From Balanoglossus misakiensis (lineage: Eukaryota; Animalia; Hemichordata), in contig CM082577.2 of assembly GCA_040954595.2 (NCBI GenBank), positions 20,496,303 through 20,560,302 of the forward strand: DNA of 64,000 bases. The letters run 5' to 3'. Each line of letters starts with the position of its first letter. Position 1 is the stretch's first letter. The translations under genes and the position numbers were made by a program. Of this stretch, positions 1-12,600 are shown one piece after another. The notes beneath the pieces were generated by a model. It saw nothing but the letters and a program-made list of their open reading frames with translations, was not told where the DNA came from and made no database searches.

Positions 1-190
1 CCGACTTGGCTAATTTTTGTGGGTAACCGATCGACCTTCCATAGCTTATAAGGCAAGTGGGATAAAAAAATATGGTTTGTTTTGTTCTGCAAAAAGTGTT
101 TTTAGAATTCAGGCACTTTCAGAAAAGGATGAAACGGACACTTGCGACAAAGATGTTATCCATCAGGCTACTCTTTAATGGAAAAGTTGG

Positions 191-198
191 AAAAAAAA
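191..198 (-). terminator. RNA polymerase III terminator (oligo-T) after the 5S gene; present in every unit
   Basis: Minus strand reads GGCTT-CA-TTTTTTTT; a backup TTTT lies ~6 nt further on. Confidence 0.9.
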
Positions 199-200
199 TG

Positions 201-320
201 AAGCCTACAGCACGTAGTATTCCCAGGCGGTCTCCCATCCAAGTACTAACTACGCCCAACGCAGGTTTGCTTCGTTGATCAGACGAGAACCGGCTTATTC
301 TACGTGGTATGGCCGTAGGC
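201..320 (-). rRNA. RNA5S: 5S rRNA gene (first copy; carries the C46A variant)
   Basis: Reverse complement is GCCTACGGCCATACCACGTAGAATAAGCCGGTTCTCGTCTGATCA(C/A)CGAAGCAAACCTGCGTTGGGCGTAGTTAGTACTTGGATGGGAGACCGCCTGGGAATACTACGTGCTGTAGGCTT: 120 nt, helix I pairing of the ends, box C GGATGGGAGAC. Confidence 0.98.
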
Positions 321-344
321 GAAAGATGGTTGAATTTCTTCTAC

Positions 345-350
345 TATAAA
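345..350 (-). promoter_or_regulatory. TATA-like element at -30 to -25 of the 5S gene (every unit)
   Basis: Minus strand TTTATA(GTAG) 25-30 nt upstream of G1, the usual position for 5S upstream elements. Confidence 0.65.
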
Positions 351-578
351 CCTGAATCCTACACCATTGAACACATAGCCCGACTTGGCTAATTTTGTGG
401 GTAACCGATCGACCTTCCATAGCTTATAAGGCAAGTGGGATAAAAAAATATGGTTTGTTTGTTCTGCAAAAAGTGTTTTTAGAATTCAGGCACTTTCAGA
501 AAAGGAAGAAACGGACACTTGCGACAAAAATGTTATCCATCAGGCTACTCTTTAATGGAAAAGTTGGGGAAAAAAATG

Positions 579-698
579 AAGCCTACAGCACGTAGTATTC
601 CCAGGCGGTCTCCCATCCAAGTACTAACTACGCCCAACGCAGGTTTGCTTCGGTGATCAGACGAGAACCGGCTTATTCTACGTGGTATGGCCGTAGGC
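579..698 (-). rRNA. RNA5S: 5S rRNA gene (array consensus sequence; representative of the copies recurring every ~378 bp)
   Basis: Same 120-nt 5S sequence with C46. Confidence 0.98.
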
Positions 699-3600
699 GA
701 AAGACGGTTGGATTTCTCCTACTATAAACCTGAATCCTACTCCATTGAACACATAGCCCGACTTGGCTAATTTTGTGGGTAACCGATCGACCTTCCATAG
801 CTTATAAGGCAAGTGGGATAAAAAATATGGTTTGTTTTGTTCTGCAAAAAGTGTTTTTAGAATTCAGGCACTTTAAGAAAAGTAAGAAACGGACACTTGC
901 GACAAAAATGTTATCCATCAGGCTACTCTTTAATGGAAAAGTTGGGGAAAAAAATGAAGCCTACAGCACGTAGTATTCCCAGGCGGTCTCCCATCCAAGT
1001 ACTAACTACGCCCAACGCAGGTTTGCTTCGGTGATCAGACGAGAACCGGCTTATTCTACGTGGTATGGCCGTAGGCGAAAGATGGTTGGATTTCTCCTAC
1101 TATAAACCTGAATCCTACTCCATTGAACACATAGCCCGACTTGGCTAATTTTGTGGGTAACCGATCGACCTTCCATAGCTTATAAGGCAAGTGGGATAAA
1201 AAATATGGTTTGTTTTGTTCTGCAAAAAGTGTTTTTAGAATTCAGGCACTTTAAGAAAAGTAAGAAACGGACACTTGCGACAAAAATGTTATCCATCAGG
1301 CTACTCTTTAATGGAAAAGTTGGAAAAAAATGAAGCCTACAGCACGTAGTATTCCCAGGCGGTCTCCCATCCAAGTACTAACTACGCCCAACGCAGGTTT
1401 GCTTCGGTGATCAGACGAGAACCGGCTTATTCTACGTGGTATGGCCGTAGGCGAAAGATGGTTGAATTTCTTCTACTATAAACCTGAATCCTACACCATT
1501 GAACACATAGCCCGACTTGGCTAATTTTGTGGGTAACCGATCGACCTTCCATAGCTTATAAGGCAAGTGGGATAAAAAAATATGGTTTGTTTTGTTCTGC
1601 AAAAAGTGTTTTTAGAATTCAGGCACTTTCAGAAAAGGAAGAAACGGACACTTGCGACAAAGATGTTATCCATCAGGCTACTCTTTAATGGAAAAGTTGG
1701 AAAAAAATGAAGCCTACAGCACGTAGTATTCCCAGGCGGTCTCCCATCCAAGTACTAACTACGCCCAACGCAGGTTTGCTTCGTTGATCAGACGAGAACC
1801 GGCTTATTCTACGTGGTATGGCCGTAGGCGAAAGATGGTTGAATTTCTTCTACTATAAACCTGAATCCTACACCATTGAACACATAGCCCGACTTGGCTA
1901 ATTTTGTGGGTAACCGATCGACCTTCCATAGCTTATAAGGCAAGTGGGATAAAAAAATATGGTTTGTTTGTTCTGCAAAAAGTGTTTTTAGAATTCAGGC
2001 ACTTTCAGAAAAGGAAGAAACGGACACTTGCGACAAAAATGTTATCCATCAGGCTACTCTTTAATGGAAAAGTTGGGGAAAAAAATGAAGCCTACAGCAC
2101 GTAGTATTCCCAGGCGGTCTCCCATCCAAGTACTAACTACGCCCAACGCAGGTTTGCTTCGGTGATCAGACGAGAACCGGCTTATTCTACGTGGTATGGC
2201 CGTAGGCGAAAGATGGTTGGATTTCTCCTACTATAAACCTGAATCCTACTCCATTGAACACATAGCCCGACTTGGCTAATTTTGTGGGTAACCGATCGAC
2301 CTTCCATAGCTTATAAGGCAAGTGGGATAAAAAATATGGTTTGTTTTGTTCTGCAAAAAGTGTTTTTAGAATTCAGGCACTTTAAGAAAAGTAAGAAACG
2401 GACACTTGCGACAAAAATGTTATCCATCAGGCTACTCTTTAATGGAAAAGTTGGGGAAAAAAATGAAGCCTACAGCATGTAGTATTCCCAGGCGGTCTCC
2501 CATCCAAGTACTAACTACGCCCAACGCAGGTTTGCTTCGGTGATCAGACGAGAACCGGCTTATTCTACGTGGTATGGCCGTAGGCGAAAGATGGTTGGAT
2601 TTCTCCTACTATAAACCTGAATCCTACTCCATTGAACACATAGCCCGACTTGGCTAATTTTGTGGGTAACCGATCGACCTTCCATAGCTTATAAGGCAAG
2701 TGGGATAAAAAATATGGTTTGTTTTGTTCTGCAAAAAGTGTTTTTAGAATTCAGGCACTTTAAGAAAAGTAAGAAACGGACACTTGCGACAAAAATGTTA
2801 TCCATCAGGCTACTCTTTAATGGAAAAGTTGGAAAAAAATGAAGCCTACAGCACGTAGTATTCCCAGGCGGTCTCCCATCCAAGTACTAACTACGCCCAA
2901 CGCAGGTTTGCTTCGGTGATCAGACGAGAACCGGCTTATTCTACGTGGTATGGCCGTAGGCGAAAGATGGTTGAATTTCTTCTACTATAAACCTGAATCC
3001 TACACCATTGAACACATAGCCCGACTTGGCTAATTTTGTGGGTAACCGATCGACCTTCCATAGCTTATAAGGCAAGTGGGATAAAAAAATATGGTTTGTT
3101 TTGTTCTGCAAAAATTGTTTTTAGAATTCAGGCACTTTCAGAAAAGGAAGAAACGGACACTTGCGACAAAAATGTTATCCATCAGGCTACTCTTTAATGG
3201 AAAAGTTGGAAAAAAAATGAAGCCTACAGCACGTAGTATTCCCAGGCGGTCTCCCATCCAAGTACTAACTACGCCCAACGCAGGTTTGCTTCGGTGATCA
3301 GACGAGAACCGGCTTATTCTACGTGGTATGGCCGTAGGCGAAAGATGGTTGAATTTCTCCTACTATAAACCTGAATCCTACACCATTGAACACATAGCCC
3401 GACTTGGCTAATTTTGTGGGTAACCGATCGACCTTCCATAGCTTATAAGGCAAGTGATATAAAAATATGGTTTGTTTTGTTCTGCAAAAAGTGTTTTTAT
3501 AATTCAGGCACTTTCAGAAAAGGAAGAAACGGACACTTGCGACAAAAATGTTATCCATCAGGCTACTCTTTAATGGAAAAGTTGGAAAAAAAATGAAGCC

Positions 3601-6600
3601 TACAGCACGTAGTATTCCCAGGCGGTCTCCCATCCAAGTACTAACTACGCCCAACGCAGGTTTGCTTCGGTGATCAGACGAGAACCGGCTTATTCTACGT
3701 GGTATGGCCGTAGGCGAAAGATGGTTGAATTTCTCCTACTATAAACCTGAATCCTACACCATTGAACACATAGCCCGACTTGGCTAATTTTTGTGGGTAA
3801 CCGATCGACCTTCCATAGCTTATAAGGCAAGTGGGATAAAAAAATATGATTTGTTTTGTTCTGCAAAAAGTGTTTTTAGAATTCAGGCACTTTCAGAAAA
3901 GGAAGAAACGGACACTTGCGACAAAGATGTTATCCATCAGGCTACTCTTTAATGGAAAAGTTGGAAAAAAATGAAGCCTACAGCACGTAGTATTCCCAGG
4001 CGGTCTCCCATCCAAGTACTAACTACGCCCAACGCAGGTTTGCTTCGTTGATCAGACGAGAACCGGCTTATTCTACGTGGTATGGCCGTAGGCGAAAGAT
4101 GGTTGAATTTCTTCTACTATAAACCTGAATCCTACACCATTGAACACATAGCCCGACTTGGCTAATTTTGTGGGTAACCGATCGACCTTCCATAGCTTAT
4201 AAGGCAAGTGGGATAAAAAAAATATGGTTTGTTTGTTCTGCAAAAAGTGTTTTTAGAATTCAGGCACTTTCAGAAAAGGAAGAAACGGACACTTGCGACA
4301 AAAATGTTATCCATCAGGCTACTCTTTAATGGAAAAGTTGGGGAAAAAAATGAAGCCTACAGCACGTAGTATTCCCAGGCGGTCTCCCATCCAAGTACTA
4401 ACTACGCCCAACGCAGGTTTGCTTCGGTGATCAGACGAGAACCGGCTTATTCTACGTGGTATGGCCGTAGGCGAAAGATGGTTGGATTTCTCCTACTATA
4501 AACCTGAATCCTACTCCATTGAACACATAGCCCGACTTGGCTAATTTTGTGGGTAACCGATCGACCTTCCATAGCTTATAAGGCAAGTGGGATAAAAAAA
4601 TATGGTTTGTTTTGTTCTGCAAAAAGTGTTTTTAGAATTCAGGCACTTTCAGAAAAGGAAGAAACGGACACTTGCGACAAAGATGTTATCCATCAGGCTA
4701 CTCTTTAATGGAAAAGTTGGAAAAAAATGAAGCCTACAGCACGTAGTATTCCCAGGCGGTCTCCCATCCAAGTACTAACTACGCCCAACGCAGGTTTGCT
4801 TCGTTGATCAGACGAGAACCGGCTTATTCTACGTGGTATGGCCGTAGGCGAAAGATGGTTGAATTTCTTCTACTATAAACCTGAATCCTACACCATTGAA
4901 CACATAGCCCGACTTGGCTAATTTTGTGGGTAACCGATCGACCTTCCATAGCTTATAAGGCAAGTGGGATAAAAAAAATATGGTTTGTTTGTTCTGCAAA
5001 AAGTGTTTTTAGAATTCAGGCACTTTCAGAAAAGGAAGAAACGGACACTTGCGACAAAAATGTTATCCATCAGGCTACTCTTTAATGGAAAAGTTGGGGA
5101 AAAAAATGAAGCCTACAGCACGTAGTATTCCCAGGCGGTCTCCCATCCAAGTACTAACTACGCCCAACGCAGGTTTGCTTCGGTGATCAGACGAGAACCG
5201 GCTTATTCTACGTGGTATGGCCGTAGGCGAAAGATGGTTGGATTTCTCCTACTATAAACCTGAATCCTACACCATTGAACACATAGCCCGACTTGGCTAA
5301 TTTTTGTGGGTAACCGATCGACCTTCCATAGCTTATAAGGCAAGTGGGATAAAAAAATATGATTTGTTTTGTTCTGCAAAAAGTGTTTTTAGAATTCAGG
5401 CACTTTCAGAAAAGGAAGAAACGGACACTTGCGACAAAGATGTTATCCATCAGGCTACTCTTTAATGGAAAAGTTGGAAAAAAATGAAGCCTACAGCACG
5501 TAGTATTCCCAGGCGGTCTCCCATCCAAGTACTAACTACGCCCAACGCAGGTTTGCTTCGTTGATCAGACGAGAACCGGCTTATTCTACGTGGTATGGCC
5601 GTAGGCGAAAGATGGTTGAATTTCTTCTACTATAAACCTGAATCCTACACCATTGAACACATAGCCCGACTTGGCTAATTTTGTGGGTAACCGATCGACC
5701 TTCCATAGCTTATAAGGCAAGTGGGATAAAAAAAATATGGTTTGTTTGTTCTGCAAAAAGTGTTTTTAGAATTCAGGCACTTTCAGAAAAGGAAGAAACG
5801 GACACTTGCGACAAAAATGTTATCCATCAGGCTACTCTTTAATGGAAAAGTTGGGGAAAAAAATGAAGCCTACAGCACGTAGTATTCCCAGGCGGTCTCC
5901 CATCCAAGTACTAACTACGCCCAACGCAGGTTTGCTTCGGTGATCAGACGAGAACCGGCTTATTCTACGTGGTATGGCCGTAGGCGAAAGATGGTTGGAT
6001 TTCTCCTACTATAAACCTGAATCCTACTCCATTGAACACATAGCCCGACTTGGCTAATTTTGTGGGTAACCGATCGACCTTCCATAGCTTATAAGGCAAG
6101 TGGGATAAAAAAATATGGTTTGTTTTGTTCTGCAAAAAGTGTTTTTAGAATTCAGGCACTTTCAGAAAAGGAAGAAACGGACACTTGCGACAAAGATGTT
6201 ATCCATCAGGCTACTCTTTAATGGAAAAGTTGGAAAAAAATGAAGCCTACAGCACGTAGTATTCCCAGGCGGTCTCCCATCCAAGTACTAACTACGCCCA
6301 ACGCAGGTTTGCTTCGTTGATCAGACGAGAACCGGCTTATTCTACGTGGTATGGCCGTAGGCGAAAGATGGTTGAATTTCTTCTACTATAAACCTGAATC
6401 CTACACCATTGAACACATAGCCCGACTTGGCTAATTTTGTGGGTAACCGATCGACCTTCCATAGCTTATAAGGCAAGTGGGATAAAAAAATATGGTTTGT
6501 TTGTTCTGCAAAAAGTGTTTTTAGAATTCAGGCACTTTCAGAAAAGGAAGAAACGGACACTTGCGACAAAAATGTTATCCATCAGGCTACTCTTTAATGG

Positions 6601-9600
6601 AAAAGTTGGGGAAAAAAATGAAGCCTACAGCACGTAGTATTCCCAGGCGGTCTCCCATCCAAGTACTAACTACGCCCAACGCAGGTTTGCTTCGGTGATC
6701 AGACGAGAACCGGCTTATTCTACGTGGTATGGCCGTAGGCGAAAGATGGTTGGATTTCTCCTACTATAAACCTGAATCCTACTCCATTGAACACATAGCC
6801 CGACTTGGCTAATTTTGTGGGTAACCGATCGACCTTCCATAGCTTATAAGGTAAGTGGGATAAAAAAATATGGTTTGATTTGTTCTGCAAAAAGTGTTTT
6901 TAGAATTCAGGCACTTTCAGAAAAGGAAGAAACGGACACTTGCGACAAAAATGTTATCCATCAGGCTACTCTTTAATGGAAAAGTTGGAAAAAAAATTAA
7001 GCCTACAGCACGTAGTATTCCCAGGCGGTCTCCCATCCAAGTACTAACTACGCCCAACGCAGGTTTGCTTCGGTGATCAGACGAGAACCGGCTTATTCTA
7101 CGTGGTATGGCCGTAGGCGAAAGATGGTTGAATTTCTCCTACTATAAACCTGAATCCTACACCATTGAACACATAGCCCGACTTGGCTAATTTTTGTGGG
7201 AAACCGATCGACCTTCCATAGCTTATAAGGCAAGTGGGATAAAAAAATATGGTTTGTTTTGTTCTGCAAAAAGTGTTTTTAGAATTCAGGCACTTTCAGA
7301 AAAGGAAGAAACGGACACTTGCGACAAAAATGTTATCCATCAGGCTACTCTTTAATGGAAAAGTTGGAAAAAAAATTAAGCCTACAGCACGTAGTATTCC
7401 CAGGCGGTCTCCCATCCAAGTACTAACTACGCCCAACGCAGGTTTGCTTCGGTGATCAGACGAGAACCGGCTTATTCTACGTGGTATGGCCGTAGGCGAA
7501 AGATGGTTGAATTTCTCCTACTATAAACCTGAATCCTACACCATTGAACACATAGCCCGACTTGGCTAATTTTTGTGGGTAACCGATCGACCTTCCATTG
7601 CTTATAAGGCAAGTGGGATAAAAAAATATTGTTTGTTTTGTTCTGCAAAAAGTGTTTTTAGAATTCAGGCACTTTCAGAAAAGGAAGAAACGGACACTTG
7701 CGACAAAAATGTTATCCATCAGGCTACTCTTTAATGGAAAAGTTGGAAAAAAATGAAGCCTACAGCACGTAGTATTCCCAGGCGGTCTCCCATCCAAGTA
7801 CTAACTACGCCCAACGCAGGTTTGCTTCGGTGATCAGACGAGAACCGGCTTATTCTACGTGGTATGGCCGTAGGCGAAAGATGGTTGAATTTCTCCTACT
7901 ATAAACCTGAATCCTACACCATTGAACACATAGCCCGACTTGGCTAATTTTTGTGGGTAACCGATCGACCTTCCATAGCTTATAAGGCAAGTGGGATAAA
8001 AAAATATGGTTTGTTTTGTTCTGCAAAAAGTGTTTTTAGAATTCAGGCACTTTCAGAAAAGGAAGAAACGGACACTTGCGACAAAAATGTTATCCATCAG
8101 GCTACTCTTTAATGGAAAAGTTGGAAAAAAAACGAAGCCTACAGCACGTAGTATTCCCAGGCGGTCTCCCATCCAAGTACTAACTACGCCCAACGCAGGT
8201 TTGCTTCGGTGATCAGACGAGAACCGGCTTATTCTACGTGGTATGGCCGTATGCGAAAGATGGTTGAATTTCTCCTACTATAAACCTGAATCCTACACCA
8301 TTGAACACATAGCCCGACTTGGCTAATTTTTGTGGGTAACCGATCGACCTTCCATAGCTTATAAGGCAAGTGGGATAAAAAAATATGGTTTGTTTTGTTC
8401 TGCAAAAAGTGTTTTTAGAATTCAGGCACTTTCAGAAAAGGAAGAAACGGACACTTGCGACAAAAATGTTATCCATCAGGCTACTCTTTAATGGAAAAGT
8501 TGGAAAAAAAACGAAGCCTACAGCACGTAGTATTCCCAGGCGGTCTCCCATCCAAGTACTAACTACGCCCAACGCAGGTTTGCTTCGGTGATCAGACGAG
8601 AACCGGCTTATTCTACGTGGTATGGCCGTAGGCGAAAGATGGTTGAATTTCTCCTACTATAAACCTGAATCCTACACCATTGAACACATAGCCCGACTTG
8701 GCTAATTTTGTGGGTAACCGATCGACCTTCCATAGCTTATAAGGCAAGTGGGATAAAAAAATATGGTTTGTTTTGTTCTGCAAAAAGTGTTTTTAGATTT
8801 CAGGCACTTTCAGAAAAGGAAGAAACGGACACTTGCGACAAAAATGTTATCCATCAGGCTACTCTTTAATGGAAAAGTTGGAAAAAATGAAGCCTACAGC
8901 ACGTAGTATTCCCAGGCGGTCTCCCATCCAAGTACTAACTACGCCCAACGCAGGTTTGCTTCGGTGATCAGACGAGAACCGGCTTATTCTACGTGGTATG
9001 GCCGTAGGCGAAAGATGGTTGAATTTCTCCTACTATAAACCTGAATCCTACACCATTGAACACATAGCCCGACTTGGCTAATTTTTGTGGGTAACCGATC
9101 GACCTTCCATTGCTTATAAGGCAAGTGGGATAAAAAAATATGGTTTGTTTTGTTCTGCAAAAAGTGTTTTTAGAATTCAGGCACTTTCAGAAAAGTAAGA
9201 AACGGACACTTGCGACAAAAATGTTATCCATCAGGCTACTCTTTAATGGAAAAGTTGGAAAAAAATGAAGCCTACAGCACGTAGTATTCCCAGGCGGTCT
9301 CCCATCCAAGTACTAACTACGCCCAACGCAGGTTTGCTTCGGTGATCAGACGAGAACCGGCTTATTCTACGTGGTATGGCCGTAGGCGAAAGATGGTTGA
9401 ATTTCTCCTACTATAAACCTGAATCCTACACCATTGAACACATAGCCCGACTTGGCTAATTTTTGTGGGTAACCGATCGACCTTCCATAGCTTATAAGGC
9501 AAGTGGGATAAAAAAAATATGGTTTGTTTTGTTCTGCAAAAAGTGTTTTTAGAATTCAGGCACTTTCAGAAAAGGAAGAAACGGACACTTGCGACAAAAA

Positions 9601-12600
9601 TGTTATCCATCAGGCTACTCTTTAATGGAAAAGTTGGAAAAAAAACGAAGCCTACAGCACGTAGTATTCCCAGGCGGTCTCCCATCCAAGTACTAACTAC
9701 GCCCAACGCAGGTTTGCTTCGGTGATCAGACGAGAACCGGCTTATTCTACGTGGTATGGCCGTAGGCGAAAGATGGTTGAATTTCTCCTACTATAAACCT
9801 GAATCCTACACCATTGAACACATAGCCCGACTTGGATAATTCTGTGGGTAACCGATCGACCTTCCATAGCTTATAAGGCAAGTGGGATAAAAAAATATGG
9901 TTTGTTTTGTTCTGCAAAAAGTGTTTTTAGATTTCAGGCACTTTCAGAAAAGGAAGAAACGGACACTTGCGACAAAAATGTTATCCATCAGGCTACTCTT
10001 TAATGGAAAAGTTGGAAAAAATGAAGCCTACAGCACGTAGTATTCCCAGGCGGTCTCCCATCCAAGTACTAACTACGCCCAACGCAGGTTTGCTTCGGTG
10101 ATCAGACGAGAACCGGCTTATTCTACGTGGTATGGCCGTAGGCGAAAGATGGTTGAATTTCTCCTACTATAAACCTGAATCCTACACCATTGAACACATA
10201 GCCCGACTTGGCTAATTCTGTGGGTAACCGATCGACCTTCCATAGCTTATAAGGCAAGTGGGATAAAAAAATATGGTTTGTTTTGTTCTGCAAAAAGTGT
10301 TTTTAGATTTCAGGCACTTTCAGAAAAGGAAGAAACGGACACTTGCGACAAAAATGTTATCCATCAGGCTACTCTTTAATGGAAAAGTTGGAAAAAATGA
10401 AGCCTACAGCACGTAGTATTCCCAGGCGGTCTCCCATCCAAGTACTAACTACGCCCAACGCAGGTTTGCTTCGGTGATCAGACGAGAACCGGCTTATTCT
10501 ACGTGGTATGGCCGTAGGCGAAAGATGGTTGAATTTCTCCTACTATATACCTGAATCCTACACCATTGAACACATAGCCCGACTTGGCTAATTTTTGTGG
10601 GTAACCGATCGACCTTCCATAGCTTATAAGGCAAGTGGGATAAAAAATATGGTTTGTTTTGTTCTGCAAAAAGTGTTTTTAGAATTCAGGCACTTTCAGA
10701 AAAGTAAGAAACGGACACTTGCGACAAAAATGTTATCCATCAGGCTACTCTTTAATGGAAAAGTTGGAAAAAAAATGAAGCCTACAGCACGTAGTATTCC
10801 CAGGCGGTCTCCCATCCAAGTACTAACTACGCCCAACGCAGATTTGCTTCGGTGATCAGACGAGAACCGGCTTATTCTACGTGGTATGGCCGTAGGCGAA
10901 AGATGGTTGAATTTCTCCTACTATAAACCTGAATCCTACACCATTGAACACATAGCCCGACTTGGCTAATTTTGTGGGTAACCGATCGACCTTCCATAGC
11001 TTATAAGGCAAGTGGGATAAAAAAATATGGTTTGTTTTGTTCTGCAAAAAGTGTTTTTAGAATTCAGGCACTTTCAGAAAAGGAAGAAACGGACACTTGC
11101 GACAAAAATGTTATCCATCAGGCTACTCTTTAATGGAAAAGTTGGGAAAAAAAATGAAGCCTACAGCACGTAGTATTCCCAGGCGGTCTCCCATCCAAGT
11201 ACTAACTACGCCCAACGCAGGTTTGCTTCGGTGATCAGACGAGAACCGGCTTATTCTACGTGGTATGGCCGTAGGCGAAAGATGGTTGAATTTCTCATAC
11301 TATAAACCTGAATCCTACACCATTGAACACATAGCCCGACTTGGCTAATTTTGTGGGTAACCGATTGACCTTCCATAGCTTATAAGGCAAGTGGGATAAA
11401 AAAATATGGTTTGTTTTGTTCTGCAAAAAGTGTTTTTAGAATTCAGGCACTTTCAGAAAAGGAAGAAACGGACACTTGCGACAAAAATGTTATCCATCAG
11501 GCTACTCTTTAATGGAAAAGTTGGAAAAAAAATGAAGCCTACAGCACGTAGTATTCCCAGGCGGTCTCCCATCCAAGTACTAACTACGCCCAACGCAGGT
11601 TTGCTTCGGTGATCAGACGAGAACCGGCTTATTCTACGTGGTATGGCCGTAGGCGAAAGATGGTTGAATTTCTCCTACTATAAACCTGAATCCTACACCA
11701 TTGAACACATAGCCCGACTTGGCTAATTTTGTGGGTAACCGATCGACCTTCCATAGCTTATAAGGCAAGTGGGATAAAAAAATATGGTTTGTTTTGTTCT
11801 GCAAAAAGTGTTTTTAGAATTCAGGCACTTTCAGAAAAGGAAGAAACGGACACTTGCGACAAAAATGTTATCCATCAGGCTACTCTTTAATGGAAAAGTT
11901 GGGGAAAAAATGAAGCCTACAGCACGTAGTATTCCCAGGCGGTCTCCCATCCAAGTACTAACTACGCCCAACGCAGGTTTGCTTCGGTGATCAGACGAGA
12001 ACCGGCTTATTCTACGTGGTATGGCCGTAGGCGAAAGATGGTTGAATTTCTCCTACTATAAACCTGAATCCTACACCATTGAACACATAGCCCGACTTGG
12101 CTAATTTTGTGGGTAACCGATCGTCCTTCCATAGCTTATAAGGCAAGTGGGATAAAAAAATATGGTTTGTTTTGTTCTGCAAAAAGTGTTTTTAGATTTC
12201 AGGCACTTTCAGAAAAGGAAGAAACGGACACTTGCGACAAAAATGTTATCCATCAGGCTACTCTTTAATGGAAAAGTTGGAAAAAATGAAGCCTACAGCA
12301 CGTAGTATTCCCAGGCGGTCTCCCATCCAAGTACTAACTACGCCCAACGCAGGTTTGCTTCGGTGATCAGACGAGAACCGGCTTATTCTACGTGGTATGG
12401 CCGTAGGCGAAAGATGGTTGAATTTCTCCTACTATATACCTGAATCCTACACCATTGAACACATAGCCCGACTTGGCTAATTTTTGTGGGTAACCGATCG
12501 ACCTTCCATAGCTTATAAGGTAAGTGGGATAAAAAATATGGTTTGTTTTGTTCTGCAAAAAGTGTTTTTAGAATTCAGGCACTTTCAGAAAAGTAAGAAA

